Part shown: one piece after another, positions 36,960 through 49,399 of the stretch
How the letters are laid out: each line of letters starts with the position of its first letter
Position numbering within the stretch: the first letter of the stretch is position 1
Assembly: GCA_009103225.1 (NCBI GenBank)
Contig: RHPI01003244.1
Location: 62,001 to 126,000, forward strand
DNA length: 64,000 nucleotides
Direction: 5' to 3'
Origin: Chlorokybus atmophyticus
Taxonomy: Eukaryota > Plantae > Mesostigma and Chlorokybus algae
The notes under the pieces: model-generated
What the model was told of the DNA's origin: nothing
Database searches by the model: none
The model's input: the letters and a program-made list of their open reading frames with translations, nothing else
Made by a program: the position numbers and the translations under genes

Positions 36960-38590
36960 AACTGGTTCGCACACAGCATAGGGTCCCACTCGTAGCGCAT
37001 CATGATCTCTGTGGCCTCTCTGGCTGTCCCCTCTCTCTCTCTTCCAACACTTCTCGTGCTGCTTGCTTCTCTGCAGCTTCATGCTTCTCTTCAGCTTGTG
37101 CTTCAGCCCTGGCATGTTTGCGTTGCTAATTATCTCTCTCCAACCATCTCTCTTATCATTTCCTTGAGTGCAATTACCTTCTTCTTGACTGTTGTCTCTG
37201 CCCAGGCTGCAGCTTCCTGCTCCGCTTGGGTCTTGCGTTGCCTTACGGCCTCATTGCGTGCTTGAATTGCTTCAGCTGCTGCCTTCTCTACATCTTGCCT
37301 CTCCAACCCCTCTGTGATCTCATCATCTATCAGAAGGTGTGCTGTCTTAAGACCCTTCCTTTTCTTGGCTGGTGCCGCCGTGTTGGCTGGTGCCTCTGGG
37401 TTGCTGGGGTTGTTTTCAGGTGCATCTCCTGCCTCTATCGCCTGCAGGAGGCATGAGAGGCTTAGGGTGGTGGGGGTGCTTCCTTGTCTGTAAAATATTT
37501 GTCAAATGCATGCTTCTTTAGCGGCTACAACCCACAAGCCCGAAAGCCTGCGATGATTTGTTGACAGACCTGCGTAGTAGGGGTTGACGAGGAGCCTGAG
37601 AAACTCTTTGCGGTTGGTGAGCTTGAAGTTGTATCTCGTTTCATGGCGCTTCCTATACTCCTTCCTATATGTTCCTTAAAGGGGTGGAAGCAAGACACGT
37701 CTAACACTTACAAGTGATGTGTTGTGTGTGATGGCAAGGTGAGGATGTGAAGTTCCTTGTCTTGTGCATAGCGGTTCATGCTGGCATTGAAACATGACCG
37801 TCCACCACTGCCAGCGCAGGCTTGAAAGGACTCACTCCACCGGGGAACCACTTGGCAAATTTGCGGATCCAGAGCTTGAACATTTCACTAGTCATTCATG
37901 CGTTCTCTTGCGCGGCGAACGTGGCTCCTAGAACGTCAAGTCCTTGGCATTACAGTCTACCCCCGTTATATAAGAATCACATTTATCTTTCAGCTTTTCA
38001 TTCCACTAACGGGGTTATTCTCTTGGCGCTTATAAGATTATATATTCTTTTGTCGTTAAAGAATATATATTTTGTTAATGGGGGTATCGAGCGATAACCT
38101 CAAGCCACGTCATCATTTGCTGACGTGGCAGAATTCAGATTCATATTTCCTCTATAAATCATACAATACAATGTATGAACTTAACGATTTAATTTTATAT
38201 AATTATTCTAATATCAACAAGACAATCATGCCAGTAACAAGGTATTTTCCCGTTACAAGACTGAGCCCACTTAAATCTTCAAGCCTTCTCTTTAGTCTTA
38301 TTACGTACAAGACTATTCCACTAACGAAGTTATTTGCCTGAAAAACCATTGGTCTTTTGATAATCCATGATCTTAGCGGGGTTATTCCATTAAAGCGAAG
38401 TCTTTTAATGGGGGTAGACTGTAATAGTAAGCCTTTGTCCTTTGATGATCACCAGAGGGGGTTAATGCAAGTCCTGCTCCGGTAACTGCGCACATCAGCA
38501 TGATGTGCTCTCTGCTGCCCGTAATAGATCATTGATCCCACTTGGCTCCGCTGCATGCAATAGCACAATTAGCACTCTTGCTTGCACATG
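36960..38590 (-). pseudogene. pogo/Tigger-type (DDE_1) transposase pseudogene interrupted by a MITE
   Basis: Minus-strand translation across stops and frameshifts: IACSGAK..GSREHIMLMCAVTGAGLAL.PLVIIKGQR | MITE | GATFAAQENA*MTSEMFKLWIRKF..PALAVVDGH..ELHILTLPSHTTHHL*VLDVSCFHPFK..IIAGFRACGL, then a charged coiled-coil tail. These are classic DDE_1 motifs. Confidence 0.85.
37953..38421. mobile_element. 469-bp Tc1/mariner-pogo-type MITE with TA target duplication
   Basis: TIRs CAGTCTACCCCC(G/A)TTA at 37953 and its reverse complement ending at 38421. TA at 37951-37952 and 38422-38423. AT-rich interior with repeated CCCGTTA/GGGGTTA motifs and no coding capacity. Confidence 0.9.
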
Positions 38591-38593
38591 CAA

Positions 38594-38595
<2 letters not shown>

Positions 38596-38680
<85 letters not shown>
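38596..38680. repeat. (GT)n microsatellite followed by an N
   Basis: About 42 units; ambiguous base at 38681. Confidence 0.95.
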
Positions 38681-40256
38681 NACTAATCTTAGAGGTAAGG
38701 CCATCTACAGCGGCGGTGGCAGCCTTTGCCACTAGCTGCTGGGTAGCGCCTCGTTCGGCGAGTGGGTGGGTGGGCTTAGCAGCGGATGCATGCGTGTGCG
38801 TGTGTGTTTGCTGCGGCCTTGTGCAAGGGGCACACCTCTGTGTGCGTGCGTGCCCGTGCATTTGCACATGCACGCGTTGTGCTTGTCTGTGCCATAAGTA
38901 GAACTACACACTTAAACAAGTGTTGACAGCAAGGCTTGCAGGTACACACCAACGTCGCGCATCCTACATGTCGACAAGCTGCAACGCCGGCCATGGTGTA
39001 CGTCGTGTGTATACGTATTGCTATGACAAACCTGCTTAATTGCAAGTTCATAAGTTGTGTAGTTGTGTATGCGTGTGCGTGTTTACTGTGTGTATAAGAA
39101 ATTTGCTGCGTCCAGCTATGATTGTGTTTTGAATTTTCCTTGCTTATTTGCTGGCACTTGTCACACATGTTGCATGCTACTTAAATGATAAGTAGCTTTT
39201 AGTAGTTTAGGTTTAATGCCATTTTCGCATCTATCAAGGCGCAATATACTGTGTGTATCATCCGGGCACAGAGCTTCCGGCATGTGGCATGGCAAACATC
39301 TCAATATTGATGCACTAAATAATTTGACAAGTAGTTTTTACTTCAAATCAGCATGAAAGCTAGTGCAGCAAATGATCTGATAGACATGGTGATAAAGTTC
39401 GATAGTCCGTTAGTCCGCCATATTAAACCACGCAGTCTAACAATTAGTACCACCTGAAAACGCCATGGCAGAGCATGTTAGTAGCCGTAGACTGAAAAGA
39501 CTCAAACGCTTGTAGTGTTTGTTATTTTACTGCGAGTTGCCATGCGAAGTGGCAATTGCAAGACAGTGAGCCAAGTTGGCAAACCACATGATCTGTACTG
39601 TGTAGTGCAATTTGCCGCAGGTGTCACAATCGCAAGGCATGTTTTGCCGGTCGGCATCTGCAAGTACATGTGTGCTAGGGGAGCCTAAGTTTGTGGTTGC
39701 GAGATAGGCATGTTACTTGTAAAGTAAACCGAGTGGTGTAATACTCCCGACGTGGAGTGGGTTGGTTGATATTTAAACAAGGTCAGCGCATGGTGACAAG
39801 GCCTAAGCGGCCTTAAACATCATGTGCCGGAGCAGCGGTGCTTGAGCAGCATGTGGTACAAATACCAAGTTGCATCCTTAAGTGGGGATCCGATTTGTAT
39901 TAATCAAGACATCAGTGTGTGTTTGCCTTATGAGAGGGCCACTTGTGCATGGGGTGCCTCGTTGTTAGCTGTTGAAGAGGCTCTCCCCCTCATCCCTTGT
40001 GGGGTGTGGGGTGGGGTCAACCCACCCCACATGAACACCGGTTGTGCATGTGGGTGTGCTGGGCGTGGGTGTGCCTGGGGCTGGAGCTGTGTGGAAAGGT
40101 TGGTGGTCATCCTCTCCTTCCTTGGTGCGCTGATACAACCTCCCCTGCAGCGTGGTGCTGGTGGGACTTCCGCTGTAAGTCCTTAATGCTCGTGCATAAG
40201 TTTGCCGAGCCGACCAGCAAGTAAGTGAGTGGTATCATTACAGAATGTGATATAGA

Positions 40257-40918
40257 GGGGGGGGGGGGGGGGGGGGNNNNNNNNNNNNNNNNNNNNNNNN
40301 NNNNNNNNNNNNNNNNNNNNNNNNNNNNNNNNNNNNNNNNNNNNNNNNNNNNNNNNNNNNNNNNNNNNNNNNNNNNNNNNNNNNNNNNNNNNNNNNNNNN
40401 NNNNNNNNNNNNNNNNNNNNNNNNNNNNNNNNNNNNNNNNNNNNNNNNNNNNNNNNNNNNNNNNNNNNNNNNNNNNNNNNNNNNNNNNNNNNNNNNNNNN
40501 NNNNNNNNNNNNNNNNNNNNNNNNNNNNNNNNNNNNNNNNNNNNNNNNNNNNNNNNNNNNNNNNNNNNNNNNNNNNNNNNNNNNNNNNNNNNNNNNNNNN
40601 NNNNNNNNNNNNNNNNNNNNNNNNNNNNNNNNNNNNNNNNNNNNNNNNNNNNNNNNNNNNNNNNNNNNNNNNNNNNNNNNNNNNNNNNNNNNNNNNNNNN
40701 NNNNNNNNNNNNNNNNNNNNNNNNNNNNNNNNNNNNNNNNNNNNNNNNNNNNNNNNNNNNNNNNNNNNNNNNNNNNNNNNNNNNNNNNNNNNNNNNNNNN
40801 NNNNNNNNNNNNNNNNNNNNNNNNNNNNNNNNNNNNNNNNNNNNNNNNNNNNNNNNNNNNNNNNNNNNNNNNNNNNNNNNNNNNNNNNNNNNNNNNNNNN
40901 NNNNNNNNNNNNNNNNNN

Positions 40919-40998
<80 letters not shown>
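40257..40998. other. Assembly gap (642 N, 40277-40918) flanked by a G20 run and (TG)40
   Basis: Read directly. Both flanks are low-complexity sequence typical of contig breaks. Confidence 0.98.
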
Positions 40999-40999
<1 letters not shown>

Positions 41000-43468
41000 A
41001 TATGCACACGGATAAGAACATGCATTCCGTTATCGCGTTTTGCGTGCATGCATGCGCACATGCATGCATGTCCAAAGACTGCAGTGCTTGTACACATTAT
41101 GCAAAAAACAATGTTATTCTTTGCATAATGTGGTGTTCATCACGATCAGGCTGTCTAATTGTAATGTTTTGTGGGCCACACACAATCGTGCTGGATCACG
41201 CTAGCCAAAGTCAATGTCGTCAACTTGAGGCAAACAAGCAAGCTTTTCAGACATCACTTTGTGACACCACCTGCTGATTCTATTCTTACAACGCCACTTA
41301 CACTACCTATCTGGTTAGCCAGGGGCCGCGGCAAATAGGCAACTCTATGAATGCAACTATGTGCAGCAGCAGCACGTGATGCGCATGCCGCACAGGCATA
41401 CATTGGAAACAGGCTGCTTCCATCATGTGACAACATGTGGACATGGTAATTACTGTTGACCGATGACAATTGCCGTAGGGTTGTGAAGCCAGCTGGCACA
41501 AGCACTTTCTGAGCTATTGCGCACATCACTGCCACTCATCATCCTCAGCTGACGATGCAGGGGCTTCAACAGCTTGCGCTCGTGCCTCCATTGTCATTGC
41601 AGCATGTACAGCATCAGACTGCGGCGCTTGGGCAGTGATGTCCTCAAACACACAATAGTATTCGGACTTGACCGACCGCCCACCGGGCGATATGTGTGAG
41701 GCCACATCCACCGCATGCACACTTGCGACACGGTTTAATGGGTAAAAAACGAGGCCTTCATGGAGCAAGTTGAAAACACGCTAATGGAAAACAGCTGCAT
41801 TAAGTGTTACTAATGTATATTCAAATGAGGTTTTACGTCTTCTGCGTCACTGACCTATGCCGGCTTGCATCATCTTTATAGGCTATTAGATTTGCTGAAA
41901 CTGCTCTCGGAGCTGCGCCAGGCACATATCCAACATATTCAACGACTATAATCCTAATATGCAAAGATTGAGAGGTTGCACTGCCATGCAAACGTGCATT
42001 ACATGCAGCCAAGGTGTTTAAGAGAACCAGGTTCAACACCCCATACCACATCCAGGACAGCGCGTTGGACTCTGTTAATGCGCCTGGTCGGAGCTGCAGC
42101 CATTGCCTTCGGCAATTGTACCACACAAAGCAGCATGCACAGGGGCCTGCAGCCCATGCTAGTGGTGGCACGTGCCTTTTTCGGGTCTATACTTAAAGCG
42201 CCCCAAAACATGCACAAATCGGCTTATGCCAGCAATGGATGCTAAGTGACCTGCTGGTAAGTGGCATATCTCGTTTGTGTCTTTGATGTTTCTAGTAGTT
42301 TGAAGCTGGTACTGGCATAACGACCCTGTGTCAGCAAGCTGCCTTTTCAAGGAGTAAAAGGTTGGACCCGTGCCACTGGCACAACAGCTCGGTGCCATCA
42401 CTGCTTTGAAAGATAACGCAAAAAGTAAGACACGTGCCATTGTAACATAACAGTCATGTGCCAGGGCTGGTACGGGCGTTGTAATGCATTAATTTCGTGC
42501 CAGCAAATGTTTCAAGATGCTTGGCTCATATATCGATTAATCGATTTGCCTGCCGATTGTTTGACCAAGTGACAAGCGTATATGAACATATATAAGCACA
42601 TTTACAACATCACAACATCACTATCTTATGGCAGCCAGGGAGCTGGGCAATACATAAGCATGGTAATAGTCATAAATCCCACCATAGACTGTTATGGCTT
42701 GGATGGCTGGACCCTTGTCGTAACGGTACAACCTCTACAACAACCACTACTGCTGCTCCTGCTTCAGCTCCTGCTCAGCTTAACTCAGCAACATTGCAAC
42801 CACCACTTTTTGGTAATCTCTCGCAGATCATTAAAGTAGATCAACTACTTCAAGCTTGTTAAGTTAACAACCGGCCAGACTCGCAGACCTTTGCAGACCT
42901 ACACGGACCAGCAAACTCTTGGGCGGCACATACCTTCGTATACTGGTCTAGCTAGACGTGCAGGGCATTGTGCTCATCTCGAGCAGTGTGCTGCTTGGTC
43001 TTTTCAAAGCTGTTCGCGCGCCCTCCGTCGCAAACTTTGCAAGGTGACTAGCTAGGGATTGACAGCTGCCTTACCCTACTTGACCCTACCTGGCCCTGAC
43101 GATCTGGGCCATAAAGGGACTGAGTGGACTGCCGGTGTATATTGTGGAAGATGATTGACGGCCGATGGCCTGTCGTACATTATAGTGAACAGCTGTTTGC
43201 CTGTCATGACCTACTTGTGTTTATGTTAACGGCCGACCGCCGATCGTACGGCACCCGCGGCGGCGACCTGCTTGGTTTGGCAATAAAGTCACCTCTCAAT
43301 CCCCTAATGGCGACGAATGATGCCAAACATTCACGTGGTTAATACGGCTGACCGCCAGTCGTATAGCATTTACGGCGGAGATGTATTAAGAATGGCAAGC
43401 GAGTGACTTATCGGTCCCATTTAGGGACGAGCGGTGGCGATGAGTTGGGACAGCTAACGGCATATGAT

Positions 43469-43695
43469 ACAATGGTACGTTCGTACCATTGTTATGGTAC
43501 GGTAGTACCATTACGATAGTACCATTGTTTTGGTACTTACGTACCATTATGATGGTACGATTGTGCCATTGTCAACTCGTAAGGGAAGCCGTTGACTTTT
43601 TAAGCTCAACGGCCCCCTTGTGAATTCAGACGCTAAGCCGCAACACAACGCTCAACTGTGCAAGTCAACTTGCACAGCTGAGCGTTGTGCTGCGG
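43469..43695. repeat. Cluster of short inverted repeats/hairpins
   Basis: ACAATGGTACG-tt-CGTACCATTGT (43469-43492), three more TGGTAC..GTACCA-type hairpins, GCCGTTGA..TCAACGGC (43588-43613), and a 28-bp arm pair with 2 mismatches (43638-43695). Confidence 0.85.
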
Positions 43696-46600
43696 CGTCG
43701 GCGTCGGCGGTAGCGTATGTTGGCGGGTATGTGCTTGTGTGCTTTTGTAAATCTTGTCAAGTAGTGCACAGCAGCGCAGCGTGACCACTTTTCGACCCTT
43801 CGTGATGCAGGGCCACTAGGTAGGCCAGGCGGCGGCAGCGGCGGTGGTGGCCAACAGCGTGCACTGTTGTGGTGGTGGTGTGTATATGTTGTGTTGCGCC
43901 GCCCTAGCTGACCACCCCTCTTGCCTCAGGACGGTCAGGCCAGGAGGGCGGAGGCAGCAGGCAAGCGGCAGCACAGGACTCAGCGGCGGCGGCAGAGTGT
44001 GGTGTGATATGCAGTACTGCTACCGCAGTAATGTAGTAGTAAACCGTAGTACGGTAATAGTGGGGCTCGTACTGTGTAGGTCACATGTATATGACTGTGT
44101 GATGTAACCAAGTTGTGATATATGATTGCCGTCTTGCACAATAGATGTCACACAAGTGCGTTATCCAATGTATCTAATCATCACTAATTGTACCGAAGGC
44201 ACCGTTAATCATCATTAGGTGTCTGGCAGTTAGGGACAGTTACTACAAAGTTGCCGGTACTTAAATAATAAGTACCGGTCAGATGCCTGTGAATTGGGCT
44301 AAGTCACCTTTGCTTGACTGATAAGTATCTTATGGGTACCAGTTAGTTTGATTAATGCTCTTGTGCTTGACTGATAAGTACTTGACAGGTAACCGTCCGT
44401 CTAAATCAGTCTTTTTGTGTAGACGGCCGGGGACGGCCGTCATTTTAAGTCGCTTGTATCGAGATCGCCGGTGGACTGAACAACGACAGTCTAAAATGAG
44501 TATCTTCATACCCACTTTCGTCCTATATAACTAATCGGCCGTGTAACATTTTGCGACGTCGCCATAGCCTTACCAGCCTGCAGCAGAGTTGCTACAAGCC
44601 ACGTGCCTCGATCAGTGACAGTGGAGAAGGCAAGTGCAATGATATACATGTGTATGCAGGCTACACCGTGTTGCTTCTACCTATTTTGTGTCAACTACTT
44701 GGTTGAAGGGGCTTCTTATTGGAGTCGTCTGCTATGCGCTTGAGCCCCGACACGCTCTTTGCGTGCAACTTGCAAGCTGCCACGACCTTCCTCATGTTCC
44801 ATAATGCGACGCACTACCATGTCGTCAAAAACAATGACAACCACAATAATTGTTGTAGCAGCAGCAGCAGCAGCAAACAACAGGAGCTCACTGCTGTTGC
44901 TGCTGCAAGTTAAGGGAAGCTAAAATTCACTTGCAAAATGACGCAGTCGATGGTAAAGTTGTAGTATCGCAAAATCGCAGCTAGCTTGGCAGTCTTTCAC
45001 TAGACTCAACAGGGTCATGCAACCTGAGCAAGCATGGTGCGTAAACAGCAACATGCACTACCCGTAACGCTTGGACATTGCGGGGACACTTGCGCGCGAG
45101 TCCCATGGTGGGGACTGTATGACCAACCTGCCATTAGCGGAAGCAAAAATGCATGCACCTCACTCAGCTGGTTTTCAACCCTGGCTGCAACGGCGATCAG
45201 AGCAAATTGCACATGCCAGTTGAAACCTTAGCATAGCAAATGTCGCGTTGGCCATCTTCTGCACCACGCACTGCTAATTGATCATGCAAATCAAGTTATG
45301 CAATTGCACCACTTGAGTACATAACAACATTAACAAAACAAGCAATAGCAAGCAAGACGCACACATTTAACTAAACATGCACGCAGGCACTTGCACGCTG
45401 TAGCACACACACATGCCTTTTATACCGTAACAAGGTTTCATGCCTGCTGCAACAAAACCATCACCTGCGCATTCTCGTTATGCCTTCACAGTAACTGCTT
45501 ATGCGTGACGCTTGCTTGCGTGCAGTGTTTAAGCATGGCAGCTGGACGCAGGGACGCAAGCTGTAGGGAGCATGGCAGCTGCTTGACGCAACACATGAAC
45601 AACCATCCCACCCAGCCACCCAGCTTGCCCAGCCAGCCAGCCGCCCAGAGCTACACAACCGGCAGGCTCTGATGGGGCAAGCTAAGCTAGCTTACAAAAT
45701 GACTCTGTCACTAATAACCCACAAACCGTAAGTTAATCTATTTAACTGCATGTCCGTAATAAGGTATTGCAACTTCTCAATCAGCTATTGCAACTAACTA
45801 ACTTGGTTTGACTATTCAGTTGGTATCTTAGCCGTATCAAATTTATTTTCAACAAAGGGGGGACTGCCGGTATTGAGTCAGTATCTATCCGATAAGTGCT
45901 GAGTCGTAGTTATCCCGGGGCTTCCCCTGGGGAGTTTAAGTTTAAGCCCCGGAAGACCCTCCCCTGAATCTTCTGCAGTGTCTGCGGCAGACCGTCCGCC
46001 GCGTACTCAACCGAGACCTCGGAATTTGGCTTTTTATGCAAGTCTTGGGGTTTTTTTTATCTTAAGCCAATAATGGCATTCACTGTTTTATATAATGATA
46101 CTAGCATAAATGTTTTGGACTTGTATTGGTCCGGGTTCGTGCAATTAAAAAGAAGTGCTGCTTTTGCGCCATTAATGGCACATCACTTGTGCCAATAATG
46201 CCGCAAAGGGGGCGCTAAACCCGTGTGATGATAAAAATAGCAAATGTTTATTATGCTGAAGTTTGTTTATTTGTCTTAAATCAATGTTATGCACATAATA
46301 GTAATGTGCATAACATTGTTTTCAGTCACACGTGTATCGCACTGACGCCTCGTCACAATGGTTAATTTTTCAGATTATTATATCTAGCTTAAGTGTATGT
46401 TGAGCATAGGATGCTTGGTCTGGCACAACGTGCTGGAGTGACACGCATAATCACATACACATCATGTATGATAATCGTACGCGCCATTGCAATCATTGGC
46501 AATAACTTTGCACGCGTCTGCCCATCAGCGCATTGCCACCATAATAGCGAGTACAACTGAGCGGTTATGTTTGCAGTATATAACCGCTCAGTTGTATATT

Positions 46601-49399
46601 AGCTGCGGTAGCTATCATTTCATTATTGTAGTGTGAATCAAGCGCACTTTATGTATGTCATGCAAAACATGACCCAACAGAATTTACACTATGCTAAGCG
46701 AGTTATATAGTTGTAACTCCGTTAGCATAGTGCATTCATTGTCAGTATCAATGTGTTCATTGTCAGTATCTGCGCGTTTGCACGCTCATTGAGTGCGTGC
46801 TCCGCAGGCACGCACGTTCGCAATCAATTAAGTTGCTCATCAACTATTATAATTGAAAAAACATACATTAATTGAAATTCGGGTATTAATGTAAAGAGTT
46901 GCATAACCTGAGCGTGTATCTTATATTATCTATTTCATTTAAATTCACGAGTTATTACTTTTGGAAAGACATGTGATTCACAACCTGGTTGAACCTGGCA
47001 AGCTCACATTCACATATCATCACAACGTATCAAATGCATATCAAGCTGTATGCATCTTGATTGCGGAGCATCGCAGCAATACTGTTGAACGAATTCGACC
47101 CACGCTGATCGTGTGCAGACTATCTCACGGGGGCTTTTACGCGCGGACCAATCGTACGCGGCCTGCAGACCACGTCTGATAGCGTACCAATGCCGCGACT
47201 GATCCGGCGTGACGGCGGTACCGCAGCCATGTGCGCACCAACCCACCAAGCATGTTCCTGTGTGGGACGATAGTTTCATGATGTTAGCGGCAAAGTGCTC
47301 ATGAATGGCACCATGCATGGTACAATACAACCACTCACCAATCGAATTGAAAAGCATCAAGCACAACTACACTACAATCTGGTGACTATGTGCAGCTATG
47401 TGCAATGCAAACTTAAGGCAGATTGAGACCGCCTGTTGATTGCGCTTGTCACGCTCACAAGGCTGGCAAGGTCACTTTCGGTTCGTTTTTCAAGTGATAA
47501 GTAGGAAGAATTATGTGATTTCGCTCGTCAAGCTGTGTAGTGCTTCAAGCCAACTTTGCAGGTGTGCGGTTAGTGAAGATCTTGTTGATAGTCTGAGGCC
47601 ATGCTACCACACATCATTGATATATGCTACCACAGAGCTTGTCGATGTTTCAGGCCATGAATGCCTTGTATGCATATGTCACTGATGCGACATAGATTGT
47701 CTACCGTGGCAACCTATGCTAGGCTACTGGTTGGGACTACCGGTAGCCTGCAAGCATTTATGAGCTGCAAATGGGAGTTAACATCAGGCTGCTTTGTTAG
47801 GTGACAAAGACTGCATTATATTGCTGTTGCATGTTGCAGCCTGCAACTTGCAGCAACCACCATCAACAGCTTACGATAAGTACTTATAAGCTGTTAATGA
47901 TAGTCAGTTTTTATAAACGCTAGCACAATTGTCACCTAGATGATATATACTACAGTTTATGGGGCCAACACTTGCTTGCTTGCAAAAAGCAATTTTCAAT
48001 GGATGTGACATTTATGCAGTACCATCATGCAAAGGTGCTATTGATGTTATCAGCGTGACAACACATGCATATAATATAGCGAATATTACAATTATTACAA
48101 TAACGGGATCGTATTATGTATATATGTCTTGATGTTGCAGATATATTTAGGCTGTCAATGAGAAGATTTAAACCACTTTTGCAAGTTGTTGTCGTCGCTA
48201 CCACGTCGCCATCGCCATCGCCATAGCCATCGCGACGCGATCACCATAATGACAGCGTTCTTTATGTCATGTTGGCTACTGCGCCTATTATCTAGGCACG
48301 TTTGTCATGTCATAAAGGTGGTTGGGGTTTGGGTGGAAGTTGTAGGGGCGGTGACTATAGCTTGGATTGTTCACAAGCTGGGTGGAACTTGGTGGGGTGT
48401 GAGCTTCATTTAGGCGGTGGCGCAGAGGTGGGACGCTAGATGGCTACACCCTGTTAAGTGAGGAACGGGTGGGTGTTGTTATCATACATATGTGGGACAT
48501 AGACCAGGACATGAACATGGCCATGGCCATGGACATTGCGAATGTGCATAACAGTTCTTAAACTTTAGCAACACAACAACTTCATGCATGGATAGAAGAA
48601 CAACACATGTTTAATGGCGAAATGCATTGTTATGGTCTTTGCGGAGTAACATTGTTTTGTCAACGCGCGCGTGCAAGTATGCATTTACACAACCATCATG
48701 ACAAAATACCACCCTATGCTATTCTAATCTATTTATAATTGTAAGTAGTTATATACATACACCATTTATTATGTTTGTCAAACATGCTATGGTGGGTCTT
48801 CTCATCGACCACACACGGTCATGTATTTAAGTAAATACATGCACAAAGTATTTGGTAAGCATCCTATAGCTATATAATTTTTGGGATTACTTAACACTTG
48901 TATTAGGCTCGACAACCAAGGACCTCACAGTTATAGTGTTGGTATAATAAGTTCTAATTTACTCATACGAGGGCCGTTGATTGTTTAGGATAATTATCGC
49001 TTCAATATTAATGAGGTTTCAGCATTTTTACGTGAGTTATTGAGTGAACTATTACTATTAAGTACAAATGAACATGTTAAACATTACCTAACAACATTGA
49101 AGTATCTTTCTATATGTAGTGGTATACCAGTCGCAAGTCATTCCATAGTGGAACACATTATCCAAAAGCAATGTCAATGTGGTTTGCTTGATGTCATTAA
49201 TCCCAGTGAACGTTTACATGCATGCTAACAACAATACTATCTATAGGGATTCCTACAAACAATATACAAACGCCAAATCAATGATTAGTTGGCGGCACAA
49301 TTTGTCGTGACAATCATAAAATGATTATGTTATTGCACACTTTAGAGTCATCTGCAACTTTAGATATAAGTGTAGAAGATGATTGTTTCTCATCTTATT

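Noticed and set aside
36310-41277. ORFs with HTHT/CVCV runs or poly-X
   Set aside because: Artefacts of (TG)n microsatellites and the N gap.
41250-43100. Decayed minus-strand coding-like pieces (IVVEYVGY SET-like, DGTELLCQWHG chromo-like)
   Set aside because: Isolated short resemblances with no supporting colinear motifs.
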